Assembly (NCBI GenBank): GCA_903884815.1
Contig: CAISGE010000015.1
Location: forward strand, 22,958 to 86,957
Direction: 5' to 3'
DNA length: 64,000 nucleotides
DNA from: Candidatus Omnitrophota bacterium
GTDB taxonomy: Bacteria > Omnitrophota > Omnitrophia > Omnitrophales > Aquincolibacteriaceae
Positions 30,325 through 39,334 of this stretch are shown one piece after another (the stretch's first letter is position 1; each line of letters starts with the position of its first letter). The position numbers were made by a program, and so were the translations under genes. The notes under the pieces are model-generated. The model was not told where the DNA came from, did not search any database, and saw nothing but the letters and a program-made list of their open reading frames with translations.

Positions 30325-31228
30325 AACTAAAGTGGGTCATGTTGCGATTATCGGAAGGCCCAATGTCGGGAAATCCACACTCTTGAATTATCTGGTGGGA
30401 GAGAAACTGGCCGGGACTTCCGCCAAGCCGCAGACCACACGCGACGTGATCCGCGGGATCCTCACTGTTCCCGACGGTAGCGCGTACCAAAGCCCTTACG
30501 CGGGGCAGATCATCTTTCTCGATACCCCCGGTGTTCACCGGCCGAAGGACGCTCTGGGCGAGGGGATGGTGCGCGAAGTCCATCAGTCGCTTTCCGACGC
30601 CGAGCTTCTTTACTGGATGGCGTACCCGAAGCCCCTGGGGGACGTGGAACGGGCGATCCTGGAATGGGTCAAGGATCTTTCCATCCCCGTCTTCTGTGTG
30701 ATCAATCAGATTGATCGTTTCCCCAAGGACGATCTTCTCCGGGCGCTGGATTCCTTCCAGCAAGCCTATGCCTTTAAGGAATATATCCCGATCAGCGCGA
30801 AGACCGGCGAGAATGTCAAGGTGTTGGTCCAGCAGACGCTTCAGTATCTTCCCGCGGGGGAGTTCATTTATCCGGAGGACCAGCTCTCCGACCAAAATAT
30901 CCGCTTTCATGTCCAGGAGTTGATCCGCGAAAAACTTTATCATTTCCTAGGCGAGGAATTGCCTTACGACGGAGCGGTGCGCATCGATGAATTCAACGAA
31001 GAGGCGAAGATCACCCGCATTCACGCGACGATCGTCGTTGAGCGCGATTCCCAGAAAGCGATCGTGATCGGCGCGGGCGGCGAGAAGATCAAGCAGATCG
31101 GCACGGCCGCGCGCATCGATATCGAGAGATTCCTGGGAAAAAAGGTTTTCCTCGAGCTTTGGTGCAAGCCGATCCCCGGGTGGAAAAGCAATATCCGCTT
31201 TCTCCGCGAGAATCAGCAGCGCTCCTAA
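30317..31228 (+). CDS. era: GTPase Era
   Basis: GRPNVGKSTL, QTTR, DTPG, ELIREK, GAGGEKIKQIG KH domain. Confidence 0.96.
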   Translation: MVETKVGHVAIIGRPNVGKSTLLNYLVGEKLAGTSAKPQTTRDVIRGILTVPDGSAYQSPYAGQIIFLDTPGVHRPKDALGEGMVREVHQSLSDAELLYWMAYPKPLGDVERAILEWVKDLSIPVFCVINQIDRFPKDDLLRALDSFQQAYAFKEYIPISAKTGENVKVLVQQTLQYLPAGEFIYPEDQLSDQNIRFHVQELIREKLYHFLGEELPYDGAVRIDEFNEEAKITRIHATIVVERDSQKAIVIGAGGEKIKQIGTAARIDIERFLGKKVFLELWCKPIPGWKSNIRFLRENQQRS

Positions 31229-31237
31229 CCCGCAACA

Positions 31238-31262
31238 ATTCCGGGAATTCAATTCCCGGAAT
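31238..31262. repeat. Perfect palindrome ATTCCGGGAATT-n-AATTCCCGGAAT, copy 1
   Basis: 12-bp arms with a 1-nt centre; recurs at 51955 and 61509. Confidence 0.85.
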
Positions 31263-31274
31263 GAGTCGGGTGCT

Positions 31275-32468
31275 TTAAAGGGAAGCGAATTCCGGCAGGT
31301 TCTTTCCGAGAAGGGGAAGGGCGTATTCGGCGAAGGCGGGGCGGATCATGGTCTTGGCCGCGTCGAAATATTCTTCGGTGAGATAACGTTCCCGGTTGGG
31401 AATCTTTTCAAGCGGCACCGGTGCGTAGGTGATCGCGTACTTCTTTCCCGGTTTTCTTTTAAATCCCACCATGACTCGGGACATTCCCTCAAGCGCCCAC
31501 TTCACCGCGTAAGCTCCCGCCTGATAGGCTTCTTGCTGATCCGTTTTTGAAATATAGCCCATGGACATGCGCTGGATGGTGCCGGGTTTGTCAAAGCGGG
31601 CGCGAACGCCGAGATGTTTTTCCAGGATCGCGGCGAGGCGCGCGGCTGTCCCTTCCACGTATTTGTGGCCGAAGGGGTCGGTGGTGATGCCTCCGACTTT
31701 CCGTCCGATCCTGTTCCCGCCGTGGTCGCGTATGGTTTCCGAAATGACGATAATGCAGTAGCCGACGGATTGCAGGACAGCCTCGGTCCTTTTGAGGAAG
31801 GCGGTCTCGTTGAAAGGTACTTCCGGGATTAGCAGGATATGCGGCGCGTCCTCGGGGGATTTTTTAAGGAGCGCGGAGGCCGCGACGATCCATCCGGAGT
31901 TTCGGCCCATAAGCTCGATGATCTTGACGGGGTCCACGTTTTTCATGGCCTTGGTGTCCAGGGCCGCTTCCTGCGTGCTGATCGCCGCGAATCGAGCCAC
32001 CGAGCCGAAGCCGGGGCAGTGGTCGGTTTCCATTAAGTCATTGTCGATGGTCTTCGGGATATGGATCACGCGAAGCGGATAGTGGTCCTTTTCCGCTGCG
32101 TTCGCGATCTGGAGGCTGGTGTTGGCCGTGTCATTCCCGCCGATCAGAAACAGATAGCGGACATTGTTTTTTTTGAGCGCCAGGAGCACGCGCTTTTCAT
32201 CGCCCGGTTTCATTTTGTAGCGGGAGGAGCCGAGCGCGGCAGAGGGAGAATTCGCAACGGCCTTCATGAACTTTGAGGATTTGGCTTTGAGGTCAATGAA
32301 CGAGCCGCTCAGGATTCCTTCGATGCCGTTCCGGGAGCCGAGGATGCCCGTGATCTGGGGACAGGCACGGGCCGTTTCCACGACGCCGGCGAGGCTCTGA
32401 TTGATGACCGCCGTACATCCTCCCGATTGAGCAACGACCGCTTTTCCTTTAAGAGATGGATTTATCAT
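31275..32468 (-). CDS. pfk: 6-phosphofructokinase, probably PPi-dependent
   Basis: QSGG, GGNDT (Asp) and PKTIDND (Lys) signature of PPi-type enzymes, ELMGRNSG. Confidence 0.88.
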   Translation of the reverse strand: MINPSLKGKAVVAQSGGCTAVINQSLAGVVETARACPQITGILGSRNGIEGILSGSFIDLKAKSSKFMKAVANSPSAALGSSRYKMKPGDEKRVLLALKKNNVRYLFLIGGNDTANTSLQIANAAEKDHYPLRVIHIPKTIDNDLMETDHCPGFGSVARFAAISTQEAALDTKAMKNVDPVKIIELMGRNSGWIVAASALLKKSPEDAPHILLIPEVPFNETAFLKRTEAVLQSVGYCIIVISETIRDHGGNRIGRKVGGITTDPFGHKYVEGTAARLAAILEKHLGVRARFDKPGTIQRMSMGYISKTDQQEAYQAGAYAVKWALEGMSRVMVGFKRKPGKKYAITYAPVPLEKIPNRERYLTEEYFDAAKTMIRPAFAEYALPLLGKNLPEFASL

Positions 32469-32528
32469 AAGATTTGGTTAGTATAACCCGAAGCAAAATC
32501 GAAGACTAGGATAAACCTTTGGGAGTAG

Positions 32529-33665
32529 ATGATGAAAACGAGCGTGATCCGAAAATCGGACGCGAAGATATGGCGGGCAAAGCTCACGGCGCCTTTCCGC
32601 ACGGCCAAGGGTCAGCATGACCTGCTTGAGAACGTCCTTTTCTCGATCGAACTTTCGGATGGCGTCCGGGGATACGGTGAGGCCGCGGTCGCGACGCATA
32701 TCACCGGGGAAACCGTTCCGGAAACGCTCCGGAATTTAAAGGAAGCTGCCCGTGCAATGCCGGGGCGGAGTCTCACGGGATTTCCGGAGATCGCTGAAGC
32801 GTTCCGGGAGAAGTTCGGGAAAAACAAATGCGCGCTAGCGGCGCTGGAGATGGCGCTTCTTGACGCGGCGGCTCGAGTCAAAAAGATGCCGCTTTGGCGG
32901 GTTTTCGGGAGTCGGCTCAGAACGCTTCGCACCGATATGACGGTGGTGCTCGGTTCTGTTCCGGAAGCGGAGGCAGCCGTTCAGGATATTTTGCGCCGGG
33001 GGATACGGTCGTTTAAAGTCAAGATCGGCCGGGATTTTGATTTGGACCTCAAGAGGGTTGTCGCGATCACGACGATCGCAAAACGCTTCCCGATTTATCT
33101 CGATGCGAATCAGGGGTTCACGGCGGTTCAGACGCTGAAATTCCTGAAAGAACTCACGAAGCTCAAGATCCAGCCGGCTTTGATTGAACAGCCGGTGCCG
33201 AAGGGCGATTGGGACGGTCTCAAGAAGGTGACGCGAGAAGGCGGAGTGCTGGTTTGCGCCGATGAAAGTGCGGGTTCCCTCGAGGATGCGAAGCGGATTA
33301 TCCTGGAGAAGGCTGCCGGAGCTATCAATATCAAATTTACGAAGACGGGCCTGCTTGAGGCCTATGAGATCGCGCATCTCGCGAAACGCCACGGGATCAA
33401 GTTGATGATCGGGACGATGATGGAAACGCCGCTCGCGGTCACGGCGGCGGCGCATCTGGCGGCGGGCCTCGGGGGTTTCGATTTTATCGATCTCGATGCG
33501 CCATTCTTTATGGCCGAGGCCGTGACACGTGGTCATTTCGTCACGCGCTCGGGCGTTTATGATCTTGGCAAGGTCAAAGCCGGGATCGGTGTTACTCCTC
33601 TGTACACACCGGGTGTGTGCATCGTGGGACACACCCGGTGTGTACAAGGGGCGAGCAAGACATGA
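32529..33665 (+). CDS. L-Ala-D/L-Glu (dipeptide) epimerase, enolase superfamily
   Basis: FKVKIG, DANQG, IEQP, ADES, INIK, DLD motifs. Confidence 0.88.
   Translation: MMKTSVIRKSDAKIWRAKLTAPFRTAKGQHDLLENVLFSIELSDGVRGYGEAAVATHITGETVPETLRNLKEAARAMPGRSLTGFPEIAEAFREKFGKNKCALAALEMALLDAAARVKKMPLWRVFGSRLRTLRTDMTVVLGSVPEAEAAVQDILRRGIRSFKVKIGRDFDLDLKRVVAITTIAKRFPIYLDANQGFTAVQTLKFLKELTKLKIQPALIEQPVPKGDWDGLKKVTREGGVLVCADESAGSLEDAKRIILEKAAGAINIKFTKTGLLEAYEIAHLAKRHGIKLMIGTMMETPLAVTAAAHLAAGLGGFDFIDLDAPFFMAEAVTRGHFVTRSGVYDLGKVKAGIGVTPLYTPGVCIVGHTRCVQGASKT
33601..33646. repeat. Inverted pair of ACACACCGGGTGTG units inside the epimerase 3' end
   Basis: tgtacacaccgggtgtgt...acacacccggtgtgtaca; single units at 19939 and 24196. 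Confidence 0.8.
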
Positions 33666-34810
33666 TTCAGAATCCTTGGGCCATTCTCCTGGTTCTGATC
33701 CTGATCGAGGGGCTTATCCTTTTCCTTTCCGAGGGTACCCGGACGAAAAAGTTCTTCAAGTTCCCGCCGCCGCTTTTCTGGATCTATTTCCTGCCGATGA
33801 TTGTTTCGAGTCTTGGTCTTATCCCTCAGCAGCACGCCATTTATCCGAAGATCACCGCCGCCGTCCTTCCCGCGGGACTCATCCTACTTTTGATCGCGAC
33901 CGACTTTAAGGCGATTCTGAAGCTCGGGCGGCCGGCGCTTCTCATGATGTTCACGGGATCGGCGGGGATCATGATCGGCGCGCCGCTCGTGGTGGCGTTT
34001 TTCAAACCCTGGCTGCCCGCGGACGCGTGGTCGGGATTCGGGGCACTCTCGGCCTCCTGGATTGGCGGCAGCGCGAACATGGTGGCGGTGAGAGAAGCGA
34101 TCCACACGCCTGACGCCGTCTTTTTCCCGATGATCGTGGTGGATACCGTGGTGGCTTATTCGTGGATGGGCGTTTTGATCCTGCTGGAAGGTTTTCAGAA
34201 GAAATATGATACATGGAACCGTTCGGACTGCGGCATGGTGGAAGAACTTGCCCGGAAAACCGCGCTGGCGGAAGCGGGTTCCCAGAAATCTGACGCGCGA
34301 TACCTGCCGCTTATTGTGGCCGTGGCGTTCGGCGGAGCGTGGATCTCAAACGCTCTCGCGGGGATTCTCGGGGATGGGTCTTTTGCGTGGACGATCATTC
34401 TGGCCTCGACGATTGGAATCCTTCTTTCGTTCACACGCTTAAGGAAACTCGAACGCCACGGGGCTTCACGGATCGGTTATTTATTCCTTTTCCTGGTTCT
34501 GACCTCAATCGGTGCGCGGGCGAGTCTCTCGGGGATTTGGTCTGCTCCGGTACTGATCCTGGCTGGGGTGGTGCTGGTTCTCATTCACGCGTCATTCCTC
34601 TTTATCGTTTCTCGTGTCGCGCGTATCCCGCTTTGCCTCGCCGCGACCGCGAGCCAAGCGAATATCGGGGGCCCCGCCTCAGCGCCGATCGTCGCTGCGG
34701 CTTATGTGCCCGCGCTCGCGCCGGTCGGATTGCTTCTGGGGATACTCGGGAATGTGATGGGAACGTATCTGGGGCTTGTGACAAGTTGGCTTTGCAAGTG
34801 GGTTGGATGA
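33662..34810 (+). CDS. DUF819 family membrane protein (putative transporter)
   Basis: SWIGGSANM and ASQANIGGPASA motifs; ATGA-coupled to the epimerase. Confidence 0.8.
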   Translation: MIQNPWAILLVLILIEGLILFLSEGTRTKKFFKFPPPLFWIYFLPMIVSSLGLIPQQHAIYPKITAAVLPAGLILLLIATDFKAILKLGRPALLMMFTGSAGIMIGAPLVVAFFKPWLPADAWSGFGALSASWIGGSANMVAVREAIHTPDAVFFPMIVVDTVVAYSWMGVLILLEGFQKKYDTWNRSDCGMVEELARKTALAEAGSQKSDARYLPLIVAVAFGGAWISNALAGILGDGSFAWTIILASTIGILLSFTRLRKLERHGASRIGYLFLFLVLTSIGARASLSGIWSAPVLILAGVVLVLIHASFLFIVSRVARIPLCLAATASQANIGGPASAPIVAAAYVPALAPVGLLLGILGNVMGTYLGLVTSWLCKWVG

Positions 34811-34885
34811 AACCGCGGGCAAGGGGGAACGGGGAACGCCAAACGTTTTAGATATTGTTCACAGTTTGCCGTTGCCCTTCGTTTT

Positions 34886-35659
34886 TTATTTCTTCTTCGA
34901 TTTCGTGTGAACCGCTTCCGCGATTATCTTGTGTATCGCCTGCCGGTTCCTTTGCTGGATTTCCCTCACGTTCTTCTGAGCTTTTTTGAGCGCGGCCTGT
35001 TTCTCTCTGCGCTCCTGAGGATCTTTGGCGGCTTTCAGATCTGTCTGAAGCTGGAGGATATCCCTTTTGAGGCTGCTTACGGTCATGGAGATCGTTCCGC
35101 CTTCCGTGATCACCGCGGTGGAGGCGGAAGTCATCGATGAGCCGACGCCTGCCGGAAGATCACCCGCTGTAAGATCTCCCAGAACCAGGGATACATTCTC
35201 GCTGATGTTGATCGTGACCCCTTCGGGGATGCGTAGGGTATCAGAAGCCAGGACGCCTTGTCCCTTGATCTCTAAAATGCCGTTCGCAGGGAGCTTGTCG
35301 AGAGCGCTCTGGATGTCGTCGTGGATATCGATGACAGTATGAGGAGAAAGGGTTTCAATTCCTTTTGGCCCGACCGTGGGGGTCGACTTTACGGCATATT
35401 CCATCCCAATGCTTGGGGTTTCAGCCTGCTCAGGTCTGACCATCTCCGTGCCTTCTATTGTGGAAGGTGAAAGAGGGGATTCCTGGGTATCATAATTGGA
35501 TGTAGACGGCCCCGCCTTCTTTTCCGCAGCCGGAACGGCTCGGAGCATTGAATCTCCCTTCGCGGGTGCGGGTGATGTATCCGCCGCCCAGCCGGTAAGG
35601 CTGAGGCTCGTCGAGAGCATTGCCGTCATTATCACAGCCAAAAAAACGATTTTTTTCAT
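34886..35659 (-). CDS. Hypothetical secreted protein with C-terminal coiled coil
   Basis: Signal peptide MKKIVFLAVIMTAML...; AAGGAG RBS; no recognisable family. Confidence 0.6.
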   Translation of the reverse strand: MKKIVFLAVIMTAMLSTSLSLTGWAADTSPAPAKGDSMLRAVPAAEKKAGPSTSNYDTQESPLSPSTIEGTEMVRPEQAETPSIGMEYAVKSTPTVGPKGIETLSPHTVIDIHDDIQSALDKLPANGILEIKGQGVLASDTLRIPEGVTINISENVSLVLGDLTAGDLPAGVGSSMTSASTAVITEGGTISMTVSSLKRDILQLQTDLKAAKDPQERREKQAALKKAQKNVREIQQRNRQAIHKIIAEAVHTKSKKK

Positions 35660-36023
35660 TCGAAACTCCTTTTACTTATATCTTATAAAGAATATCTTAA
35701 GTCAAGGCTAACCCATGGAACGGTTTATTGCAAGGCCTCGATGTGATTTTTTTGGGGGGGTATAGCTGAGATATACGCATTTTAAAGTGGTTTAAGGAGC
35801 GGGACTTTCGTGGATATGGGTCAGGTGCGTCATCTGGGCGCAACGGGGGGGCTGGCTTGAGATTCTTCCGCAAAATACGCTTCAAGATGACAACCGGTAC
35901 TTGGAAGGTTAAATTTTTGCAAGGCCACTGTCTGAACGAGAGGGAAGGAACGCGTGGCTGAATGAGAGGCCCCGGTATGAGACCTGGGAGCTATCGGGAT
36001 GCGGTCCTCTAAAACAACGCCCC

Positions 36024-36060
36024 GGAGTTTTCTTTAAAATCCGAAGGAAACGAAAACTCC
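36024..36060. terminator. Hairpin downstream of the pilin array
   Basis: ggagttttc...gaaaactcc. Confidence 0.4.
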
Positions 36061-36094
36061 ACAAGAGTTCATAGAAATGTCGGCCGTCTGCTTA

Positions 36095-36592
36095 TTAATC
36101 AACCCGGCAGGGATTTGAAGCATTGTCGGTTGCAAGAAGCCCTAAACAAGAATAGGAGGGGGCATTAGAACCGACAACACTCAAAGACATGTAAGCATAC
36201 GTTAAAGGGTCGCTGCTCGGATATGACATGAATACGAGGGTATAGGCGGTCGACGTAGAAGTGAGAGAATAGTAAAAATCTCTCGATTGTTGCATGTCAC
36301 TGTTAGAGATTCCGGCGGGCTGGAAGTCACCGGAGATTTGACCAGCACTGTTCGAACTATAACTTATGAACGGCGGAAAATACCACGCGCTGGCGGTCGG
36401 AAACTGGCCTGTTCTGTCATATTTACCGTCCAGGGTTCGTCTCATGAGGCCGATCATTTGGAAGGCGGCCCCGATTTTGGCCCTTCCAATTTGGCTGGTC
36501 ATGCGCGGCACGATCACCACGGCGAGAGTGGTAATGATGACGAGCACGATCAATATCTCCACCAGAGTGAAACCCTTTTTCATGTCTCTCAT
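36095..36592 (-). CDS. Type IV pilin-like protein P3 (tandem subfamily)
   Basis: MRDMKKG|FTLVEILIVLVII...IVPRM; Ser/Thr-rich; C-terminal CLGL...NPCRVD. Confidence 0.9.
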   Translation of the reverse strand: MRDMKKGFTLVEILIVLVIITTLAVVIVPRMTSQIGRAKIGAAFQMIGLMRRTLDGKYDRTGQFPTASAWYFPPFISYSSNSAGQISGDFQPAGISNSDMQQSRDFYYSLTSTSTAYTLVFMSYPSSDPLTYAYMSLSVVGSNAPSYSCLGLLATDNASNPCRVD

Positions 36593-36636
36593 GTCTCTCT
36601 CCCTTTTCAAAAGAAGTCTCTCGGCCCGCTCAAATC

Positions 36637-36685
36637 ATCGCCGTGGTCCCACTAGAACTGTAACACATATCCGCGGAATTGGGGG
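36637..36685 (-). promoter_or_regulatory. Shared pilin promoter motif, copy 3
   Basis: CCCCCaattccgcggatatgtgtTACAGT-N14-GGCGA. Confidence 0.7.
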
Positions 36686-36761
36686 CGGCGACTGTCCTTA
36701 AATCAAGACGGGGAATCGGCGCTTTAATGTTCCAATACCCACGATTTGAAGCACGGCTTGA

Positions 36762-36989
36762 TCACCTCGCCAGGCGCTGTCTCTCTTTCAGGAGCATTTC
36801 CTTCATCTCCTGAGGCAATTTTTCAAAATCCGGAGGAAGGGGCGGCAGGCCTTTCGCGATCTCCTCGCGCGTTCTCGGGTCCCGGTGCTTCGCCGTGAAA
36901 TGCGGCATAAGCGCGAAGAGCAGCGCGCAAACGCAGACACCCAGGATCACCCATTTTTTTACGGAAACTCCCTCAAAGTTCTCAGTCAT
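36762..36989 (-). CDS. Small single-TM pilin-associated protein (75 aa)
   Basis: AGGAG RBS directly after the P4 stop; MTENFEGVSVKKWVILGVCVCALLFALMP...LPPLPPDFEKLPQEMKEMLLKERQRLAR; degenerate paralog after P5. Confidence 0.65.
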   Translation of the reverse strand: MTENFEGVSVKKWVILGVCVCALLFALMPHFTAKHRDPRTREEIAKGLPPLPPDFEKLPQEMKEMLLKERQRLAR

Positions 36990-37005
36990 GACCGTCGTCT
37001 CCTGT

Positions 37006-37518
37006 TTAGCTGAGGTCGCATGGATTTGCAGAGCTCGAGTAAGTAACAAGCCCGCTACACATATAGGTGGTAACGATATTGCCGCTCGAAAAAACCGACC
37101 CGGCGCCCACGGAAGCATACGTTGAAGGGTCGTATGAGCCCGCGGTGGAGAAGGAGATCGAACTGCTTGAGGTGGTAGACGAAAAATTAAAGTTAAAATT
37201 TTTGATTTGCTGAACGTCGTAGTTCGACACCCCCAGGACTAGAAAGTTGCCCGAGCTGGAGCTGGCATGATCAATCCCGCCCGAATCCGTGTATGCCGGA
37301 AACCAAGTCGCGGCGCCGGAAGGTGGATAGTACCCATGCGTGCTGGCATAGTTTGCAAGGTTGCGTCTCATGATCCCGAATAGCTGCATGGGTTGCGCGA
37401 GTTTGGCCCTTGCGATTTGGCTGGTCATGTGCGGTACGATCATCGCTGCGAGAGTGGAAATGATGACGATCACGATCAATACCTCCACCAGAGTGAAACC
37501 CTTTTTCATGTCTCTCAT
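37006..37518 (-). CDS. Type IV pilin-like protein P4 (tandem subfamily)
   Basis: MRDMKKG|FTLVEVLIVIVII...IVPHM; C-terminal CSGL...NPCDLS. Confidence 0.9.
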   Translation of the reverse strand: MRDMKKGFTLVEVLIVIVIISTLAAMIVPHMTSQIARAKLAQPMQLFGIMRRNLANYASTHGYYPPSGAATWFPAYTDSGGIDHASSSSGNFLVLGVSNYDVQQIKNFNFNFSSTTSSSSISFSTAGSYDPSTYASVGAGSVFSSGNIVTTYMCSGLVTYSSSANPCDLS

Positions 37519-37562
37519 GTCTTTCTCCCTTTTCAAAAAAGGCTTTCCGCCTTCTCAAATCA

Positions 37563-37610
37563 TCGTCGTGCTCCCATTAAAACTGTAACACATATCCGCG
37601 GAATTGGGGG
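37563..37610 (-). promoter_or_regulatory. Shared pilin promoter motif, copy 4
   Basis: CCCCCaattccgcggatatgtgtTACAGT-N14-GACGA. Confidence 0.72.
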
Positions 37611-37694
37611 CGTCGGCTCTCCTTAAATTAAGACGGAGGATCGGCGCTTTGATGCCCCCATTCCTATCAGCCGAAGCATTGCTTGATCGGTTTG

Positions 37695-37796
37695 CTACGT
37701 GGTGAACTGCGGCATAGGCGCGAAGACCAGCGTGCAAACGCAGACACCCAGGATTACCCATTTTTTCACGAAAACTCCCTCAAAGTTCTCAGGCTT
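37695..37796 (-). pseudogene. Degenerate copy of the small pilin-associated gene
   Basis: Collinear with the 5' part of the 36762-36989 gene but ATG->AAG, AAG->TAG at codon 34 and 3' part missing. Confidence 0.7.
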
Positions 37797-37812
37797 GACC
37801 GCCGTCTCCTGT

Positions 37813-38334
37813 TTAGATAATCTCGCAGCGAGAAGAATCATTTTTGGCGTAAGTAAAAAGCCCGCTACACATAGCGGAAGTGTTCATGCTACTGGTAATG
37901 GGGTTAAACCAAGTTGAGACGCCCATGTAAGCGTATGCTGGATCACCCCACGGGGCTACGGAATAGAAGGAGAGCCAGCTGGATGTGGAGGAACTGGAAA
38001 AAGAAAAGTTAAAATCGTTGATTTTCTGCATGTCGTTGTTGGAAACCCCCAGGACTAGAAAGTTGCCCGAGCTGGAGCTGCCATGATAAGTCCCGCCCGA
38101 ATCCGTGTACGCCGCAGAATAAGACGCGGAGCCGGAAGTCGGATAGTACCCATGCGCCGTGTAATAGGTTTCAAGGTTGCGTTTCATGATGCCGAATAGC
38201 TGTGTGGGTTCCGCGAGTTTGGCCTTTGCGATTTGGCCGGTCATGCGCGGCACGATCGCTGCGGCGAGAATGGCAATGATGACGAGCACGACCAATACCT
38301 CCACAAGCGTGAAACCCTTCTTCATGTTTTTCAT
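37813..38334 (-). CDS. Type IV pilin-like protein P5 (tandem subfamily)
   Basis: MKNMKKG|FTLVEVLVVLVII...IVPRM; AAGGAG RBS; C-terminal CSGL...RCEII. Confidence 0.9.
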   Translation of the reverse strand: MKNMKKGFTLVEVLVVLVIIAILAAAIVPRMTGQIAKAKLAEPTQLFGIMKRNLETYYTAHGYYPTSGSASYSAAYTDSGGTYHGSSSSGNFLVLGVSNNDMQKINDFNFSFSSSSTSSWLSFYSVAPWGDPAYAYMGVSTWFNPITSSMNTSAMCSGLFTYAKNDSSRCEII

Positions 38335-38381
38335 AGCACTTCTCCTTTCAAAAGAAGACCAGACTGCTCTTCCGATCATCA

Positions 38382-38431
38382 TCGTCAACCACCCGCAATA
38401 ACTATAGCACATATCCGGAGAATGGGGGGGG
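38382..38431 (-). promoter_or_regulatory. Shared pilin promoter motif, copy 5
   Basis: C8-attctccggatatgtgcTATAGT-N14-GACGA. Confidence 0.72.
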
Positions 38432-38617
38432 AGGCGGGTAACGGAATCAAGGGGGTTATTCGGCTCCCCCGGGCCTCGATCCTTCCAGTACCGGACACTC
38501 TCCGGAGTCCCTGGCACTGGAACTTCTTCGGAAGACGGGGTATTGCGAAGGGGGTTATTCCGCATTTCCCGTTTCCCGTTCACCCTTCGTTTCGATTGTG
38601 CTACAATCCCGCTCCTT

Positions 38618-39238
38618 ATGAAGAAAAAACATCCCGCAATCAAAGCCGTGATTTTCGACCTCGGCAACGTGCTTGTGAATTACGACGTCGAAAAGGCGGC
38701 GAAGCGGTTTTCGGCCGCGTCCGGGCTTTCGACTCGTGAGATATGGAAGCGTTTCTTCCTTTCCCGGTTCGAGCAGGCCTTTACGCGTGGCGATATTTCG
38801 ACCCGCGAGTTCCATCGGAGCGCCTGCGAAACGCTCGGCGTTTCCATTCCGCTGAAGGTCTTCAGCCATTACTGGAACGATATCTTCTGGGAGAATCCGG
38901 GGATGGAGAGGCTGCTCGTCCGGATCAAGAAGCATTACCCGCTTTATCTGATCTCAAATACGAACGCTCTTCACTATAACCACATCAAGAAGCATTTTAA
39001 ACTGCTCCGCCATTTCGACCGGAAATTCCCATCGCATGAAGTCGGTGCGCGCAAGCCCGATCTTCGGATCTACCGACGTGTCCTCAAAAAAATCGGTCTC
39101 CGCCCCGAAGAAACCGTTTTTATCGACGACATGAAAAGCTTTATCCTCGGCGCCCGCAAGGTTGGCATGCACGCCATCCGCTTCAAGGGCCGTCTGGCCC
39201 TCCTCAAGTCCCTTCGCAAGCTCGGCATACGTTTTTAA
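38618..39238 (+). CDS. HAD-family phosphatase (YihX-like)
   Basis: VIFDLGNVL, LISNT, RKPD, FIDD. Confidence 0.9.
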   Translation: MKKKHPAIKAVIFDLGNVLVNYDVEKAAKRFSAASGLSTREIWKRFFLSRFEQAFTRGDISTREFHRSACETLGVSIPLKVFSHYWNDIFWENPGMERLLVRIKKHYPLYLISNTNALHYNHIKKHFKLLRHFDRKFPSHEVGARKPDLRIYRRVLKKIGLRPEETVFIDDMKSFILGARKVGMHAIRFKGRLALLKSLRKLGIRF

Positions 39239-39334
39239 TCTCTCTCTTCTTTGATAGGGAAAGGTTTCGATCAGAATATAAAATATAATGATAATAATAT
39301 TGATTATAAATGAATTTTGTGGTATTCTTTCGAA

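Noticed and set aside
35924-35990. Cobalamin riboswitch (gccactg...gggaagg...gagacctg)
   Set aside because: The 5' half of the aptamer is missing and no same-strand gene lies downstream.
36095-38334. Diversity-generating retroelement acting on the pilins
   Set aside because: Differences between copies involve all four bases and indels rather than adenine-specific changes; no reverse transcriptase or non-coding template repeat is seen.
37813-38334. Conductive e-pili
   Set aside because: The heads are aromatic-rich, but positions 24 and 27 are not aromatic and there is a ~39-residue aromatic-free gap after Phe1.
38335-38667. N-terminal extensions of pilin ORFs in the ORF track (also 10920-10973, 42008-42064)
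   Set aside because: They run through the promoter/leader; the RBS and class III signal peptide define the shorter starts.
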